A stretch of DNA of 53,072 nt, counting the filler, from Squatina squatina (taxonomy: Eukaryota): assembly GCA_031763465.1 (NCBI GenBank). It is 3 parts of 3 records of this genome, joined end to end, with 100 filler letters (N's around TTAATTAATTAA, not from the genome) between each part and the next. Parts side by side here need not be neighbours in the genome. Positions count along the whole stretch, not along the records: positions 1 to 17,789 come from JARFOE010000192.1; 2 more parts are not named here. The stretch is one strand, 5' to 3'. Positions 1 through 13,680 of this stretch are shown here, piece by piece. The notes under the pieces were generated by a model. It was given only the letters and a program-made list of their open reading frames with translations. It ran no database searches and was not told where the DNA came from. Positions within the stretch are counted from its first letter, which is position 1; every line of letters begins with the position of its first letter. Made by a program: the position numbers and the translations under genes.

Positions 1-220
1 AGTGCTGAAATTAACACGTTTTTAAAGCTGCTTGTGAGATTTTTTTCTAAGTGGTAAAAAGCCAGACTTTAAATTTTTTTTCTAAGAGCTGAACTTTGCG
101 CCCCCCTATTTGTCCCTTGGCGCCAGAAACTCAGGGCAGTCTAATTGGGAGCCCCTGAACTTTGCGCTCCCTAATTCGTCCATTAGCGCCAGAAACTCAA
201 GGTCGTCTAATTGGGCGCCC
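1..220 (-). mobile_element. Terminus of a Harbinger-like DNA transposon with a tandemly duplicated 66-bp terminal unit
   Basis: 89-154 and 155-220 are diverged direct repeats. The reverse complement matches 11882-12025. Confidence 0.6.
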
Positions 221-859
221 ACTACTTTTGGAAGCTTGTGTTCAAATCATTTATCTTGATGGTACACACTGTCTCCAAAGTTTATGTTCCCAGTTTAATG
301 CTGACTAGAGAGATAACAAACTGTAAATGTAAGTGGGTTATTAATGTCTGCAGAACATTAATTCTGTCTATATGCAAGTAGCAAGTGAGAATTTTCTTTT
401 CTTCTGAACTCAGTGCCAGGCAAGAACCAGCACATCATTAAGAAGTGGACGCCCGTGTCATTGTCACTTTCCATGTAGATGCCATATTCCTTCATAATGT
501 ATTACAACTGACCTGTGATGTTTATATGATTAAAAAGATGTGTTTAGCCATGCTCTTTGATTGTTTTCTTCCTGTTTAGTTGGAGGAGTGGGAGTGTTGA
601 GTGCTGCATGGAATAGTTTTACAATGTTTATTGTTAATGAAACAGATTAATAAAGCAGAGGACACATGCTATAATATTTGTGCTATGATTAGGTCTGATC
701 AAGTAATATACATTACAGAATTACAGATGCATTGTGAAGTAACGCCCAAATGTTCAATAAATATCCAGTGAAAGTGAAGATTTCTTCTGATTGCTATTTG
801 TAGCAAAATCATAAACATAAAGGACTTATGACTTCATTACAAATAGTGTGGATATATCT

Positions 860-939
860 CCCTCTTCTTAGGCAGTCCCTCAAGGTCGAGGATGACTTGC
901 TTCCACTCCGGAGTTGTGGGTTCTGAGGTGACTAAATAG
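860..939 (-). mobile_element. RTE-like LINE 3' end
   Basis: Minus strand reads aagcaagtcatcctcgaccttgagggactgcctaagaagag, a typical RTE-clade tail. Abuts a gap. Confidence 0.5.
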
Positions 940-1039
940 NNNNNNNNNNNNNNNNNNNNNNNNNNNNNNNNNNNNNNNNNNNNNNNNNNNNNNNNNNNNN
1001 NNNNNNNNNNNNNNNNNNNNNNNNNNNNNNNNNNNNNNN

Positions 1040-1173
1040 CCTAACTCCCTATATTCAGCTTTTAGGACCTCATCCTGTTTTTTTACCTATATCGCTGGTG
1101 CCAATGTGCACCACAACAACAGGCTGTTCACCCTCCCCCTCCAGAATGTGCTGCAGCCACTCCGAGGCATCCT
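1040..1173 (-). mobile_element. CR1 LINE ORF1 (SGNH esterase-like) fragment
   Basis: Minus-strand DASEWLQHILEGEGEQPVVVVHIGTSDIGKK, then a frameshift. Confidence 0.7.
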
Positions 1174-1278
1174 CCGCGTCGTTCACATGTTACTGCAAAT
1201 AGGGCTGAAAATCTATGCAATGCTTCATTTTGAGCGAAAGGAATTTGTTACTTGTTAAAACACAAATATAAATCTTAC

Positions 1279-1383
1279 CATGAGGGCTTCATGCAGGATG
1301 TAGGCAATGATCGGTTCACTCATTCTCTCGCCTCGTTTTAATAACCCTTTGGCAAGATCGGTCACAGAACCTCCATTGCACAA
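1279..1383 (-). CDS. MYO3A: Myosin IIIA, third coding exon (kinase domain)
   Basis: 105 bp, ttcag|...|gtaaga. Encodes [35 protein letters not shown], near-identical to the recalled human MYO3A. Phase 0, continuous with the 2537-2671 exon. Confidence 0.95.
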
Positions 1384-1424
1384 CTGAAATAACAGAAAAT
1401 GATTGATAACAACAGTAATACCAT

Positions 1425-1780
1425 CAACTTGCATTTATATAGCGCCTTTAGCATAGTAAAACGTCCCAAGGCGCTTCATGGGAGCGATTATCGAACAAAA
1501 TTTGAAACCGCATCACATAATGAGATATCAGGACAGGTGACCAAAAGCTTGTTCACAGAGATAGGTTTTAAGGAGCATCTTATAGGAGAAGAAAAGGTAG
1601 CGAGGCAGAGAGGTTTAGGGAATGAATTTTAAGGTTTAGGGCCTCGGCAGCTGAAGGCACGGCCACCAATGGTAGAGGGGTGAAAATCGGGAATGCACAG
1701 GGGTAGGGGTTGTAATGCTGGAGGAGGTTAGGGAGCAGAAAGGCCAGGGAGTGATTTATAAACAGGAGGAGAATTTGAAG
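1425..1780 (-). mobile_element. L2-type LINE 3' fragment
   Basis: Starts aacttgcatttatatagcgcctttagcatagtaaaacgtcccaaggcgcttc. Homologous copies at 2083, 10850, 31090 and 45655. Confidence 0.75.
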
Positions 1781-2082
1781 TATCGATTATTTACTCTATT
1801 AGTATTCTTTTACCTACGGGGCACTATTTTTGTAGCTTATTCAAACAAATCCCTTTTATATATGTAGGAAGTTAATCTCCTTTGTGAAGATTAAACAGCC
1901 AACGTGCAGATAGAGATGTACAAAATAATTATATACATCTACATATGCAATTACATATATACAGGGAAACGAGCATGGTAGANNNNNNNNNNNNNNNNNN
2001 NNNNNNNNNNNNNNNNNNNNNNNNNNNNNNNNNNNNNNNNNNNNNNNNNNNNNNNNNNNNNNNNNNNNNNNNNNNNNNNNNN

Positions 2083-2267
2083 CCTTAAACCTGCCCACCT
2101 CTCGACCTCTCTCTCCTCCTTCGAGCGTTCCTTAAAACCTATTTCAACTGCCCTAATATCTCCTTATGCAGCTCAGTGTCACAATTTGTTTATTAATGCT
2201 CCTGTGAAACACCTAGGGATGTTTTACTACGTTAAAAGCGCTATATAAATACAAGTTGTTGTCGTTG
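2083..2267 (+). mobile_element. L2-type LINE 3' end
   Basis: Ends ...ctcctgtgaaacacctagggatgttttactacgttaaaagcgctatataaatacaagttgttgt. Reverse complement of the 1425 copy. Confidence 0.75.
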
Positions 2268-2536
2268 CTTTAACAGCATTTTAAAAGAAAGAGAAACCTT
2301 ATTCAGGAATGACAACGGCATGAAGGCTATGAGATATGTTTCACTGCACCACTAGTGGAATGAATGGTGTTCCTCATTATGTATCTTCGATATCATTTAA
2401 TAACTCGTATACCATTACCCATTAAGAAAAAATACAATCTCTAATAGCGAGGAATTAAAATTGACACTATAAAAGCTTGGTTTGCAAACAGGAAACAATA
2501 ACAGGCAATAGTTTATGCAGAGGCAGAAATTCATAC

Positions 2537-2671
2537 CTCTAGTACAAGCCAAAGCTGATCTCCATTCTTTACATCCTTCTTGTAATACATCCCATAGAAC
2601 TTGACCACATTTTCATGATCCGAGAGAGCTTGGAGGATGTTATACTCAGCCTCGATTTCTTCATCCATATC
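2537..2671 (-). CDS. MYO3A: Myosin IIIA, second coding exon (kinase domain)
   Basis: 135 bp, ttttag|...|gtatga. Encodes [45 protein letters not shown]. Confidence 0.95.
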
Positions 2672-3783
2672 CTAAAACCAAAAGTAAATACAATGATTGA
2701 AAGGTTTGAGATCTTCAGTGTCAGNNNNNNNNNNGTCTGCCAATTACAACAATATTTTCCAGAGTCTGCATTTATAGAATCTGCTACCGAATTTAGCATG
2801 AATCTAATATACTGAACTGTTGGGACAGTTTTGCACATCTGTAACAATGATGCAACACATTTAAAAGATTCAGAATAATGCAGAACATCCATAGCATTTC
2901 AAAGTTGTTTCCCGACTATTTTAATCTGTGAAGGGGCTGACCGGGGACTGATTTCACTGATGATTACAGCTCCCCAGTCACTCATCAAAATGGACGTTCT
3001 TCCTGTGTAAGCCTACATACTNNNNNNNNNNNNNNNNNNNNNNNNNNNNNNNNNNNNNNNNNNNNNNNNNNNNNNNNNNNNNNNNNNNNNNNNNNNNNNN
3101 NNNNNNNNNNNNNNNNNNNNNTTTCTAACAATCTGTCATAATTAAATGTAAAAAAGCAATCTCAGCATTAAGCCAGGAATTTTGAGAACAATTCTCATTA
3201 CTTGGAGCACTGCTGTTGCAGCTCTTCAAATTTACCCAAGTATGACTCCGACCAAAAAAATGAAAAAATTTACATGCATACACATTTGCTAAATCATAAG
3301 AAAGCATGCAAAGGTATAAAGAAGACTTATTTTTACATCTGCCTTCCTAAAAGAAAGCCCCGTCTCATCATTTATACACACAGACTGAAAGCCGGAGATC
3401 AGTACTTCCTATTTCTACTTCTATCTACTCAGATTAAACTGGTTAGCTCTGTGCATTTTTCCCCTTTCTCAAGTCTATAGACAAATAAGGCCAATAACTT
3501 CTATGATTATTTAACGATTTTGTTGAAAACATTGCACAATTTCTTATTAAAAATAGTTCCCCTAAGCATGACTGGATTAGCAGAATAAATGACAGGGACG
3601 TAAATTAGCAGGATTATATAGGTTATGCTCCAGATTGCAGATGGTAATACCATGCCTCCATTCATCTATCTACCTTTTAGTAATCTTTAGCAGCATTTTG
3701 AAGTATGATAGGTCTCACATATTTTTGGAGACAATACATCCCCAACCATGTACAAAGCCAATAAATGATTTCCTACTCAGCTA

Positions 3784-4095
<312 letters not shown>

Positions 4096-4439
4096 TTAAG
4101 CGTAAGTTAACATTCAGACCCAACAAATAAAATCTTGTTTTGACCCAAACACAACGACCTTGGATAGAAATTCAAAAGGCAATGTGACTCTAATGAGTAT
4201 TCTGTCCTCCTCCAGTCATCTTGTGTGTAATATATACAGAAGTGTTTGTTATAGGCCAGGCTTTCTTCAAACAGGTTTGTGCTCAAGACAAAAAGGCTGT
4301 TTCCATTCGCCAGCAATGACTCCTATGATAAGGTACCTGTGATGACATGTAATTAATAATGAGCCCCTAGTTCTGGTATACAGGGCACCAGAGATCACAT
4401 GAGATGCCCATCACATTCTTCTATCTCCTATGAAAGGGA

Positions 4440-4548
4440 GAGAAAAGATTTGCATTTGTGTAGCAGTTTTCACGACCTCAATACATCTCAAAGCATTTTA
4501 CAGCCAATGAAATACTTTTGAAGTATAGTCACTGTTGTAAAGGTAGAA
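4440..4548 (-). mobile_element. DeuSINE/SacSINE1-like SINE 3' tail
   Basis: Reverse complement of the tail at 9640-9730. Confidence 0.6.
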
Positions 4549-4779
4549 ATGACCAATCTATCAGACAAATGTGTACAAGGCCAAGCTATAATCAGGTTTA
4601 TTTATTAGTATAATAACACACAGAAGCAATGAAAGACAGCAAGATACTACGTGGATCCTGTAATCGGGAGCTCTCAATGGGAGCAGCATTCACAAACGCA
4701 TAATTGGGAAATTGTGAGCTGCCAGCCCTGGACTTTCAGGGTGTGTGCTGCATTTTCCACAGATGCTCGAAGGAGAAAA

Positions 4780-4898
4780 TATTGCAGGGATATGGCGAAA
4801 GAACTGGGGAGTGGGACTAACTGGATTGCTCTTCGAAAGAGGCGGCACAGTCTCGATGGGCCGAATGGCCACCTGCTGTGCTTTGCTATGATCCTCTG
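4780..4898 (+). mobile_element. CR1 LINE 3' end
   Basis: gggatatggcg...ggcacagtctcgatgggccgaatggccacctgctgtgc...tatgat, the CR1 3' UTR stem and tail. Confidence 0.6.
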
Positions 4899-7800
4899 AG
4901 AGGCTGCATTGGGGGCTCACTCAATTACAGTAAATGACATAGAAAAGAACAGATATAAAATCAGTCCAGAAAAGGTGAAAATATCCTTCTTAAAACATAT
5001 TTTGGTTGGTAATTTTCAGCACTTTTAGATGAAACAGCCTTTCATAGACCCTCATAATGCAATGATTTGTGGGGATGATATGATGCCTAGTTGTTTGGAG
5101 CTCTTAGAAATGAAGACAAAGCAATGTGCCCAGTGATTTCCGTCATGAGTAATTTTTCATGGTAGAGCTAAGTGCCAGCAGGGAGAAAAAAAAAGCAGGA
5201 TGGTTGAAATGGCTGAAGTACACTTATCTTAACAATAGTGCATCCATTCCATGAGCCTCTGTAAATCTGCTGCTGCCAAGCAACCCTGGACATCATTTCA
5301 TGCAGTCGTGATTTGGATCTGACATTCTACACGCCAAAATGGTGGGAAAATTTGTCGGAAGATCCTGTCTCACAGATTGCTATTTAACCCAAGTGTCCAT
5401 CTGTTTGAGGTGGGAAATCCAGGCGCCCATCTGTTCTGCTCCTGTGTGGATTATTAGTGTTGTACTAAATACACAATACTTTATCTCGTTTTCATACATT
5501 CGAACACTTCACCTACTTCAGCCTCGGTAATTCTTTAACCTTTCTGNNNNNNNNNNAGTACCACACTCTGGAATCTCTGCTTAACTTGCAGATAATATTT
5601 GCCCTGAAAGAAAATGTAATTTGCTGCTGATTTTCAAATATATCGCAAGCAATCTATAGAGATTTGCAGTGTCGAATGCAGAATTGCTGCTTGTGTTGGA
5701 ACTCAAAAGTGTGCAGCACCTCCTCATCGTCAACAATGACATTGTGCCTGACCCAGTGATGGAATTTATTACAAGGCCCAACTCAGACTCTGCAGCAGTC
5801 TCTCTCAGCTTTGGGCACCTTTTATCCTTGGAATTCGTAAATAGAACCAGAATTACCTTNNNNNNNNNNNNNNNNNNNNNNNNNNNNNNNNNNNNNNNNN
5901 NNNNNNNNNNNNNNNNNNNNNNNNNNNNNNNNNNNNNNNNNNNNNNNNNNNNNNNNNNNTTAATATTGCCGAGAGAAGTGTTTCAAAACACATTTCGAAC
6001 TGAATTCATTAATTTTCTTCCAAAACATGACTTTATATATAGTTTTAAATGTCCAACCCAAATTGATGTGTAAAATATCTCAGAAAAGCAGTAATATAGC
6101 CAATGACTGTACTTGCTGGCACTCCTATTTATTACGGTTAGTTACAATGGTTTGAATAGTCTTTTGCATTACTGAATATTTTACAATCTCAGCAAATAGT
6201 ACAACTGACTGAAGGCTCTGCCAGCACAGACTTAAACACCTTGAACACACTAGAGACTCATGAAAATCGATATAATTGCCTTTTAGTCAAATACTAATTA
6301 ACCAGTGGTGGAAGTCTGAACAGCATCAGTAGAGAAGATTCCAACTAAAAACTGAACAGGTATCATTCAATGGTTCGAATACATAACCCTGCCACTCAGA
6401 TTAGATAGATTAAAAACCCAACTCAGTACTGATGTACTTCTTCAGGATAGGTCACACATGGATTTAAATAGTGAGTCAGCAGAAGATGCAAGCGTTGCAA
6501 AGAAACTCACAGTTTGTGCAGATCTTCATATTAATCGCATGAGCTATTCGTTCACAAAGCACATTGTTAAAGTCAAAACATTCTGGAGTTATTTAGGGAA
6601 GCTGATGTAGAGTCTGTGCTGAGCTTGTTAAATTATGCATCGTTTCAGCCAAGTGGTAATCTAATATTATACAATTTGCTAAAATATTTAAACTTGTAAT
6701 TAGTCTAATGGAGAGACAGGCATTGTCAATTCACCAGTGAGAGCCACGAAAGGAAAAAAAAAACTTTCGTTAATGCATGATTGCACAACCTATAACACCG
6801 GGACAAGGCATACAGTGCTGATCAGTCAAACAGAAGTGTTAGACGCAGTCAGGTATTACAATATGTAAACATACTGACATGAACAGCTACAAGAGACGAG
6901 TTATGTAACAGTGAAATATTCTCATGGTCAGATGTTGATCTGCATTAAGACTAAAACTGCATGGAAGCTGTGAGTGTGAAGGCTCCTGCAACTTGCCTGA
7001 CTCCTGTATGTGTTGACGGCTCCAATGCTATTCAATCCCAGAAGCACTTCAGCCCTGGCTGCCAGGAGTAAATTACTCTTGACCTTGGCTTAAGCTGATA
7101 TTTTTAGAAGAGGTTGATAAAAGAATCATAGATGTATTGTCACTCATAATGAAAACAAGATATGGAACGTACAANNNNNNNNNNNNNNNNNNNNNNNNNN
7201 NNNNNNNNNNNNNNNNNNNNNNNNNNNNNNNNNNNNNNNNNNNNNNNNNNNNNNNNNNNNNNNNNNNNNNNNNNTGGATATAATTCTTAATGCTCAAGGG
7301 ATCAAGGAAGGAAAGCAGGAAAAGATTACATTTGAAAACATTCAATTTGATGGGTTAGGAGTTAGTTCGAAGTTGCTTGCTTGTTCACCAATAGTAACTG
7401 GAATGCAGTATTTAATTAGGACTTTGTCGTGCAATCCAGAAAAGTTATCATTCTTGTTACCAGGGAGAAAACATAGGTAATCATAACTTTATAATGTTAT
7501 TATAAATAAAATCAGTTTTATAATAACCTTACTTCTTTATGACTTATTACTAACCACCAAGTCGAATCAAAGATATACCTTTAATATACCATCTGCATAA
7601 CAGATGGAGGGAAGTACTGTTCCTGTAAGGTAATCATTTTTTCCTGTTGCTACCAGACAGACGAAGACTGCTCCGCTCTCTAGAGACTCAGGTAAGGTTG
7701 TGACCGCCTGTAATGGCAAGTAGAAATAAATATTTCGCACATTAGGCAGTGTAGTCAGGAACATAATCATTCCTGTCACAGTGACAAGAGGGAAAACATT

Positions 7801-9176
7801 AGTTACTCTGCCGAGAGTAATAAGATGAATGCGGATGTTGAAACTGCCTCTTTCTCCTCCACACAGTATGGGCTGACTCTTTGTTGGTGCACTAAATTGA
7901 ATATTTGGGAGTCTAACCCTTTGAGTAGTCATTGCCCTTTACATTTGGAGTAATTTTGACAGGCTGCGGTCTTGTGATGGAGCCTTGCAAGACTAGAGTG
8001 AAGGGTGAAGTCTCGGCTCTTTAGCCCTATCTATTGATTTAGTTTTGTTCGCACAAAATGCTATATGATGAACTTTTTAGAAAAAAGCACTAACACATAT
8101 TTCATAATTAATCAATTAACAGAATTTATTCCAGGGAAACTGATTAACAGTAAACATAAATAACAAACATAGCACAGGTTTTATCTTTTACAAGGTTAGC
8201 GACTGACATGTGCATTGCATTAAGCCTTGTTTGAGGATTTTGAACCTTACATTTATCTAAATTAACACAGTAATATGACAGCATGATTGCTTTCTAATGG
8301 TCAGTAACAGTTTTGTGCGTGATTTTCCCAGTGATTAACTTCTAAGGAGCCGTTCCAAAATATATTCAAATTGCCTCGTGCTTTGAATCAAAAATTTCTA
8401 TTTTCGATTGAGTGCATTTATTTTCTGTTGTGTTTATATTCTAAGCTTATTTTCTAATATTAATAGGAAAAGCAAGGGAGAATTACAATGGAGTATATAG
8501 TGAGGAAATACAACAGCCTGCAGATTACTTTNNNNNNNNNNNNNNNNNNNNNNNNNNNNNNNNNNNNNNNNNNNNNNNNNNNNNNNNNNNNNNNNNNNNN
8601 NNNNNNNNNNNNNNNNNNNNNNNNNNNNNNNAGTCCATCTGTTCACTGCTGATAACACTTTTCTGTGCGTCGCTGTGTAATGTCTTTACCAGCTTTGGAA
8701 CTGAAAGCGTAATGTATTCTGTGAAAAGACCCTGAAGCCTGCGTTTCTCCCCGATAAGCCTCGGCAGGCAGTACGCGCAGGCAGTCCATCGCTTCCCAGC
8801 TGTGTCTGAGTCACCTGCCTCAGACGTTTTTTTTCAAATTTGGAAAATACAAATTGCTCTTTTCCATTTGAGATGAGGATGACCGAAAGATCAATTCACA
8901 TTCCACGTAATTTTGTAAAGATGAAAATTACGTTGCAGCCAAATTTTTAAAAAATGCCAGTACTTTGTCCATTTGACTGTTTAAATTGAAAACGACTCCG
9001 AGATATTTGCAACTATCAAACATTATTGTATTTCAGCCTAAGAAATGTAGGTTTTGAATCAACTTTAATGGCAACACTGCAGCTATTAAACAATGAATGC
9101 AGAATAATATTTGGGGAGTGGCTAAATTAACTTTAAGAGCAGTTGTGCTCGATGCATCCCACCACATAGAAATATA

Positions 9177-9477
9177 GGGGTCAATTTTAACTTTGGTGCA
9201 GGTGTCAAAGGGGGCAGTGAGCCGCGTCTGGCTGCCTGGAGTGTGAGACCCCGACGGTTTTAACTCGTCGGCCTCGTTTGGATACCAAGGGCTAGAAATT
9301 CATCTTCTGTTGCGCCCCGGTAGTGCCTCCGAGGGGCGCTAATAGGGCGTATCAGGGAAAAATGGCGCCAAGAGGCAGCCACCTCGCCTCCAGGGGAATT
9401 CAGCTGGGGCGCAAAGGCCTTTGAGCCTGGCCAGCTGAATTCTGCGGCGGGTTGGCGAGTGCCGTCATAAAGATGCG
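9177..9477. mobile_element. Non-autonomous DNA transposon (Harbinger-like MITE) end
   Basis: Abrupt GC/CpG-rich block starting ggggtcaattttaac. Similar ggg(c)-aatttt termini occur at about 17622, 25710, 34756 and 42211. Confidence 0.4.
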
Positions 9478-9639
9478 NNNNNNNNNNNNNNNNNNNNNNN
9501 NNNNNNNNNNNNNNNNNNNNNNNNNNNNNNNNNNNNNNNNNNNNNNNNNNNNNNNNNNNNNNNNNNNNNNNNNNNNNCAATGCTACTGTTCACCTAGGTA
9601 CTTGGTTGGAACAGTAAAGTCTATGGGGCATGCTCTCAC

Positions 9640-9730
9640 TCCAAAAGTACTTCATTGGCTGTAAAGCGCTTTGAGACGTCCGTCAGTCATGAAAGGGGCC
9701 AAATAAACGCAAGTCTTTCTTTCTTTCTTT
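9640..9730 (+). mobile_element. DeuSINE/SacSINE1-like SINE 3' tail
   Basis: aaaagtacttcattggctgtaaagcgctttgagacgtcc...catgaaagg...gcaagtctttctttctttc. Confidence 0.65.
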
Positions 9731-10849
9731 ACTCCTATGCTATAACTTTAATAAAAACCCATGTGTGAATTAGCTTCCAGAAGTTTTGAAATCAATATTA
9801 GTAATGTGTTGTTAAAAAAGCCTAAAGGAATGCAATCTGCCATTTACTGCACAGGATACTGCTCGATTTCTTTTTACAATTTCATACCATACTATTAAAA
9901 AAATCACATTGATATTAGATATCTATGTGTATAAATGTCAGAAGAAGTCCTGTGCTTGGAAACCTTTGCTTGTAATAGTAAATTATTTTCATGAGCTGCA
10001 TCCCCAAGTTGGGTGGAGCAGTACTGTGGCAACACAAGCTCATTTTAAAAACATTTCCTCAGGGGAAACTTTCAAACAATATTCTAAATTAGTTCTGCTT
10101 TCCAAAAGGTTAAAACCAACAGTCTGTGTTTCAGTTGGTTTCTGAATCAAGCTGTTAATAAAAATTGCTCTTATAGTTTCATGGAACATTTCATCCACAT
10201 TTTGAAAAGCAATTTTCTTAATTTTCATCATTAANNNNNNNNNNNNNNNNNNNNNNNNNNNNNNNNNNNNNNNNNNNNNNNNNNNNNNNNNNNNNNNNNN
10301 NNNNNNNNNNNNNNNNNNNNNNNNNNNNNNNNNNAATATGCATAAAGGCTTTCTATTCACTTTGGATTGACTTGTGGCATTAAGCTCCAATTTGTATATT
10401 TTAAAAGAGAAACAAAATGCAAATGTTCTTTAGATTATAGCTCAAGAGCTGACCCACACTCAGTCCATGGACCCATTCTACATCTTTGATCCAGTTTCAT
10501 TGCTCTACCAACTACTTCCCCCAATGTAAGAATGTGACCAGCAGAGTTGCTACACAGAATTCACAACTATAATGCCTTTGGGAGTCAAATTATGATTCCA
10601 GAGTTTTAACTTCTTGGATGTTTTAACTATGGTTACTCCATCATTACCCTTAAATTGTACAATGCATTCAAATTGATGATTTTTTGTTTGTATTTCCTGC
10701 AGGAAATACAAAAAAGCTAAAGAAGTGAGAAAATGCATGAATGTACTAAGAGGCTAAATAAGGGGGCAAGTCCTGCATGTCAACACTTCTCTGTAATCAG
10801 TTCTTACTCTCTGATATTCTGAGCAATTTCATTGTATCATATCTCTGCA

Positions 10850-11040
10850 TCTCTAACTCTCTCTCCATCTTTAAGGCACTTCTTGAAACCCAGCTTTTTC
10901 ACTAAGCTTTTGGTCCCCTGGCCTAATATCCCCATATATGGCTCGTTGTCAAATTTTGTTTGATAATGCTCCTGTGAAGTGCCTTGGGACGTTTTACTAT
11001 GTTAAAGGTGCTTTTTTAAATGCAAGTTGTTGTTGTTGTA
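10850..11040 (+). mobile_element. L2-type LINE 3' end
   Basis: Ends ...gataatgctcctgtgaagtgccttgggacgttttactatgttaaaggtgct...tgcaag(ttg)n. Confidence 0.75.
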
Positions 11041-11769
11041 AAAATAGTACATACAGAAATGCAGCATGTGCATTCACAAGGCAACTTTGATAATCAAAAT
11101 GTTTACCCTCGTGCATTTGAGATAAATATAACCAAAGAAAACAATCGCAATACATCAGTTGGAACAAAATTCTCGTTCTCTTTGTGGCAAATAGCTGAAC
11201 AGATGTGAAAAGCTGTTCAGTTATATTCAATGTAACATGCACCTATAAAAGAGAGACAGTTAAGCTATTCTTAGTGCCAGAACTTGGAAAAGAGCCAAAC
11301 TAATTAAAAGATAAGGATTTGTTGTGCAATGGGAATCTTAAACAGGATCTGCTGTTAATTTCTACTTTGAGATCTTGAAGACAGCCATAGTTGTATAGGG
11401 TTTCACATTCAGCCAGAGTTATTTGGTTAAGTTGCAAATCAGCACAGAAGGATAGCTGCTAATGTGGGAAATTTATAGTGATCACTAATCAGTCGCATAA
11501 AGCCATTAAATTCCATGTTAAGTGGAATTTTATCGGATTAGCTCAGAGGTAAATGATTGAAGGGATTAGAGTTGTGTTCAACAGGGCTACAAAGACACTG
11601 TTTTAACAATGGCATAGCTTCAGAGAACAAAGCAGAGACTAACAATAGCCTTCATTATAAACAAAATGGNNNNNNNNNNNNNNNNNNNNNNNNNNNNNNN
11701 NNNNNNNNNNNNNNNNNNNNNNNNNNNNNNNNNNNNNNNNNNNNNNNNNNNNNNNNNNNNNNNNNNNNN

Positions 11770-11881
11770 CAACTATTTACAATCTATATTATTGGCTTGG
11801 ATGAAAGGACCGAGTATATTGTAGCCAAATTCGCTGATGATACAAAGATAGGTGGAATGCAAGTTGTGAGGAGGACACAAA
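11770..11881 (+). mobile_element. CR1 reverse transcriptase fragment
   Basis: Encodes QLFTIYIIGLDERTEYIVAKFADDTKIGG, with the FADD catalytic motif. Confidence 0.85.
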
Positions 11882-12341
11882 GGGCACCCAATTCGACTGC
11901 CCTGAGTTTCTGGCGCTAAGGGACGAATTGGGGAGCGCAAAGTTCAGGTCTTTGAAATTTATTTTAAAGTAAAGCAATTTGACACTTAGAAATAAACNNN
12001 NNNNNNNTGGGCTAATTTCAGCACTAAAGGACCCATACTTAGCGCTGATTTTCTTAGTTTATTTCAGCTGTTGAATTCCTCAATTGGCCTTACTTCATCC
12101 ACTTACCTATCAGCCCACGTCAATACTTAAAGGGGGGCCTTTCCCACACACAGCCACTTCTTAGGTCAGTATTGGAGGAGGAGGTGAGGAATCTGTTGAT
12201 TAATTTGAGAATTCTTAAGAGTTGACAAGATGGCTCAGAGACATGGAGTGAGAGTCAGGCACCTTGCTTCACTGAGGGAGCCCTGGAGGCACTCGTTGAA
12301 GCAGTTGACAGGAAGGCAACAATCCTCTTTCCTGTTGCTGG
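11882..12341 (+). mobile_element. Harbinger-like DNA transposon left end with a Myb/SANT-like (NAIF1-type) gene fragment
   Basis: The terminal unit is the reverse complement of 155-220. 12256-12341 reads QAPCFTEGALEALVEAVDRKATILFPVA, out of frame with the ATG at 12230. Confidence 0.6.
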
Positions 12342-13310
12342 NNNNNNNNNNNNNNNNNNNNNNNNNNNNNNNNNNNNNNNNNNNNNNNNNNNNNNNNNNN
12401 NNNNNNNNNNNNNNNNNNNNNNNNNNNNNNNNNNNNNNNNNCTTCTTCTGCTGCTTGGACATGTGATTAACAACCTTATTAATGAAAGCGTCTATGTGTG
12501 GGAAAGTAATTTACCCCACACAGATATGGTGACAAATTAGCTGTCTTCTAAAGCAGCCCTCCTGATAGTTGTCTCAGTAATTACTAAAGAAATTGTCAGA
12601 TTCCAATATGCAATATGCTGCGAGTGAAGTTACTGACTGCCCGCATGCCGATCATTGCCTGCCAATGTTGCATTCCTCTTCATCCACAAACATAGCAGAC
12701 TGTGAGCCTGGTTTGACTGTCCTTAATTAACATAACTGAGATCGCTCCAACATGCAGACACATGGAACAGTGTGTGGAAGTGGTCACTCCATCACTAAAA
12801 TAGAGTTCATGCACAGAACATGATGACTTATTTTCTGATCTTTCTCTTTCCTTAAGTAAGCTTTTCATATTGCAGTCTGTATCACAGGGACTGGCAGTAT
12901 CTCATCCAAGATACCATTCTTTGTTAGTAAGTCCACAAACTGAGTGTTGGTGAGCTATTCATTCAACTAGAGCGACCAACGTAGATGAACCCTATTCTGC
13001 TCTTACCCAGTATCCACATGCACACTCTTAGCAATTAGTGGGAAGTGATCATGGCCAATGTTCCCAGCAACTTTGTTTGGTGCCTTGTGGCATTCAAAAT
13101 ACTGCATAGCTTCCAGGGAGCATTGATCACAGGTCAACCTTACGAGCAGGCATAGGGTCTGGGTAGTGTAGTGGTTAAGTTGGTGGTCCAGTAGCCCAGC
13201 GGCTTTGGCTNNNNNNNNNNNNNNNNNNNNNNNNNNNNNNNNNNNNNNNNNNNNNNNNNNNNNNNNNNNNNNNNNNNNNNNNNNNNNNNNNNNNNNNNNN
13301 NNNNNNNNNN

Positions 13311-13390
13311 CAGTGCATTCGCTTCCTTCCTCCAAGTCATTAATGTATATTGTAAACAGTTGTGGACCCAGCACTGATCCCTGTGGCACC
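13311..13390 (-). mobile_element. CR1 reverse transcriptase fragment
   Basis: Encodes VPQGSVLGPQLFTIYINDLEEGSECT. Confidence 0.85.
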
Positions 13391-13486
13391 TCATTCAGTA
13401 CTCCCCCAACCTTGTCTTAACTCCTCTAAAAACTTGTTTCCTCTCTTGAATTTTTTTATTCATTTGCAATATTTATTCTGAATCAC

Positions 13487-13680
13487 TCACACTTTGAGCT
13501 CAACAAGTAACCTTGCATGTGGAACTTTGTCACATGTCTTCTCAAAATCTAGGTGCTCTACATTGTTGGGCTTATCACATTTCACTTTGGATGTTAATTC
13601 CTCAAAGAAGTCAGGGAGATTGCATAAGCAGGATCTTCTCCTTCTGAATTCACGTTGACTGCGATTAATTAAATCATTAT
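13487..13680 (-). mobile_element. Degenerate CR1 reverse transcriptase fragment
   Basis: Encodes LINRSQREFRRRRSCLCNLPDFFEELTSKV...HLDFEKTCDKVPHARLL, resembling SQHGF..GRSCLTNL..FF..LDF.KAFDKVPH. Confidence 0.75.

Noticed and set aside
89-220. CRISPR-like direct repeats
   Set aside because: Only two abutting units with no spacers and no cas genes, in a vertebrate context.
5581-5860. Possible coding exon upstream of MYO3A
   Set aside because: No recognisable protein in any frame and no clear pair of splice sites.
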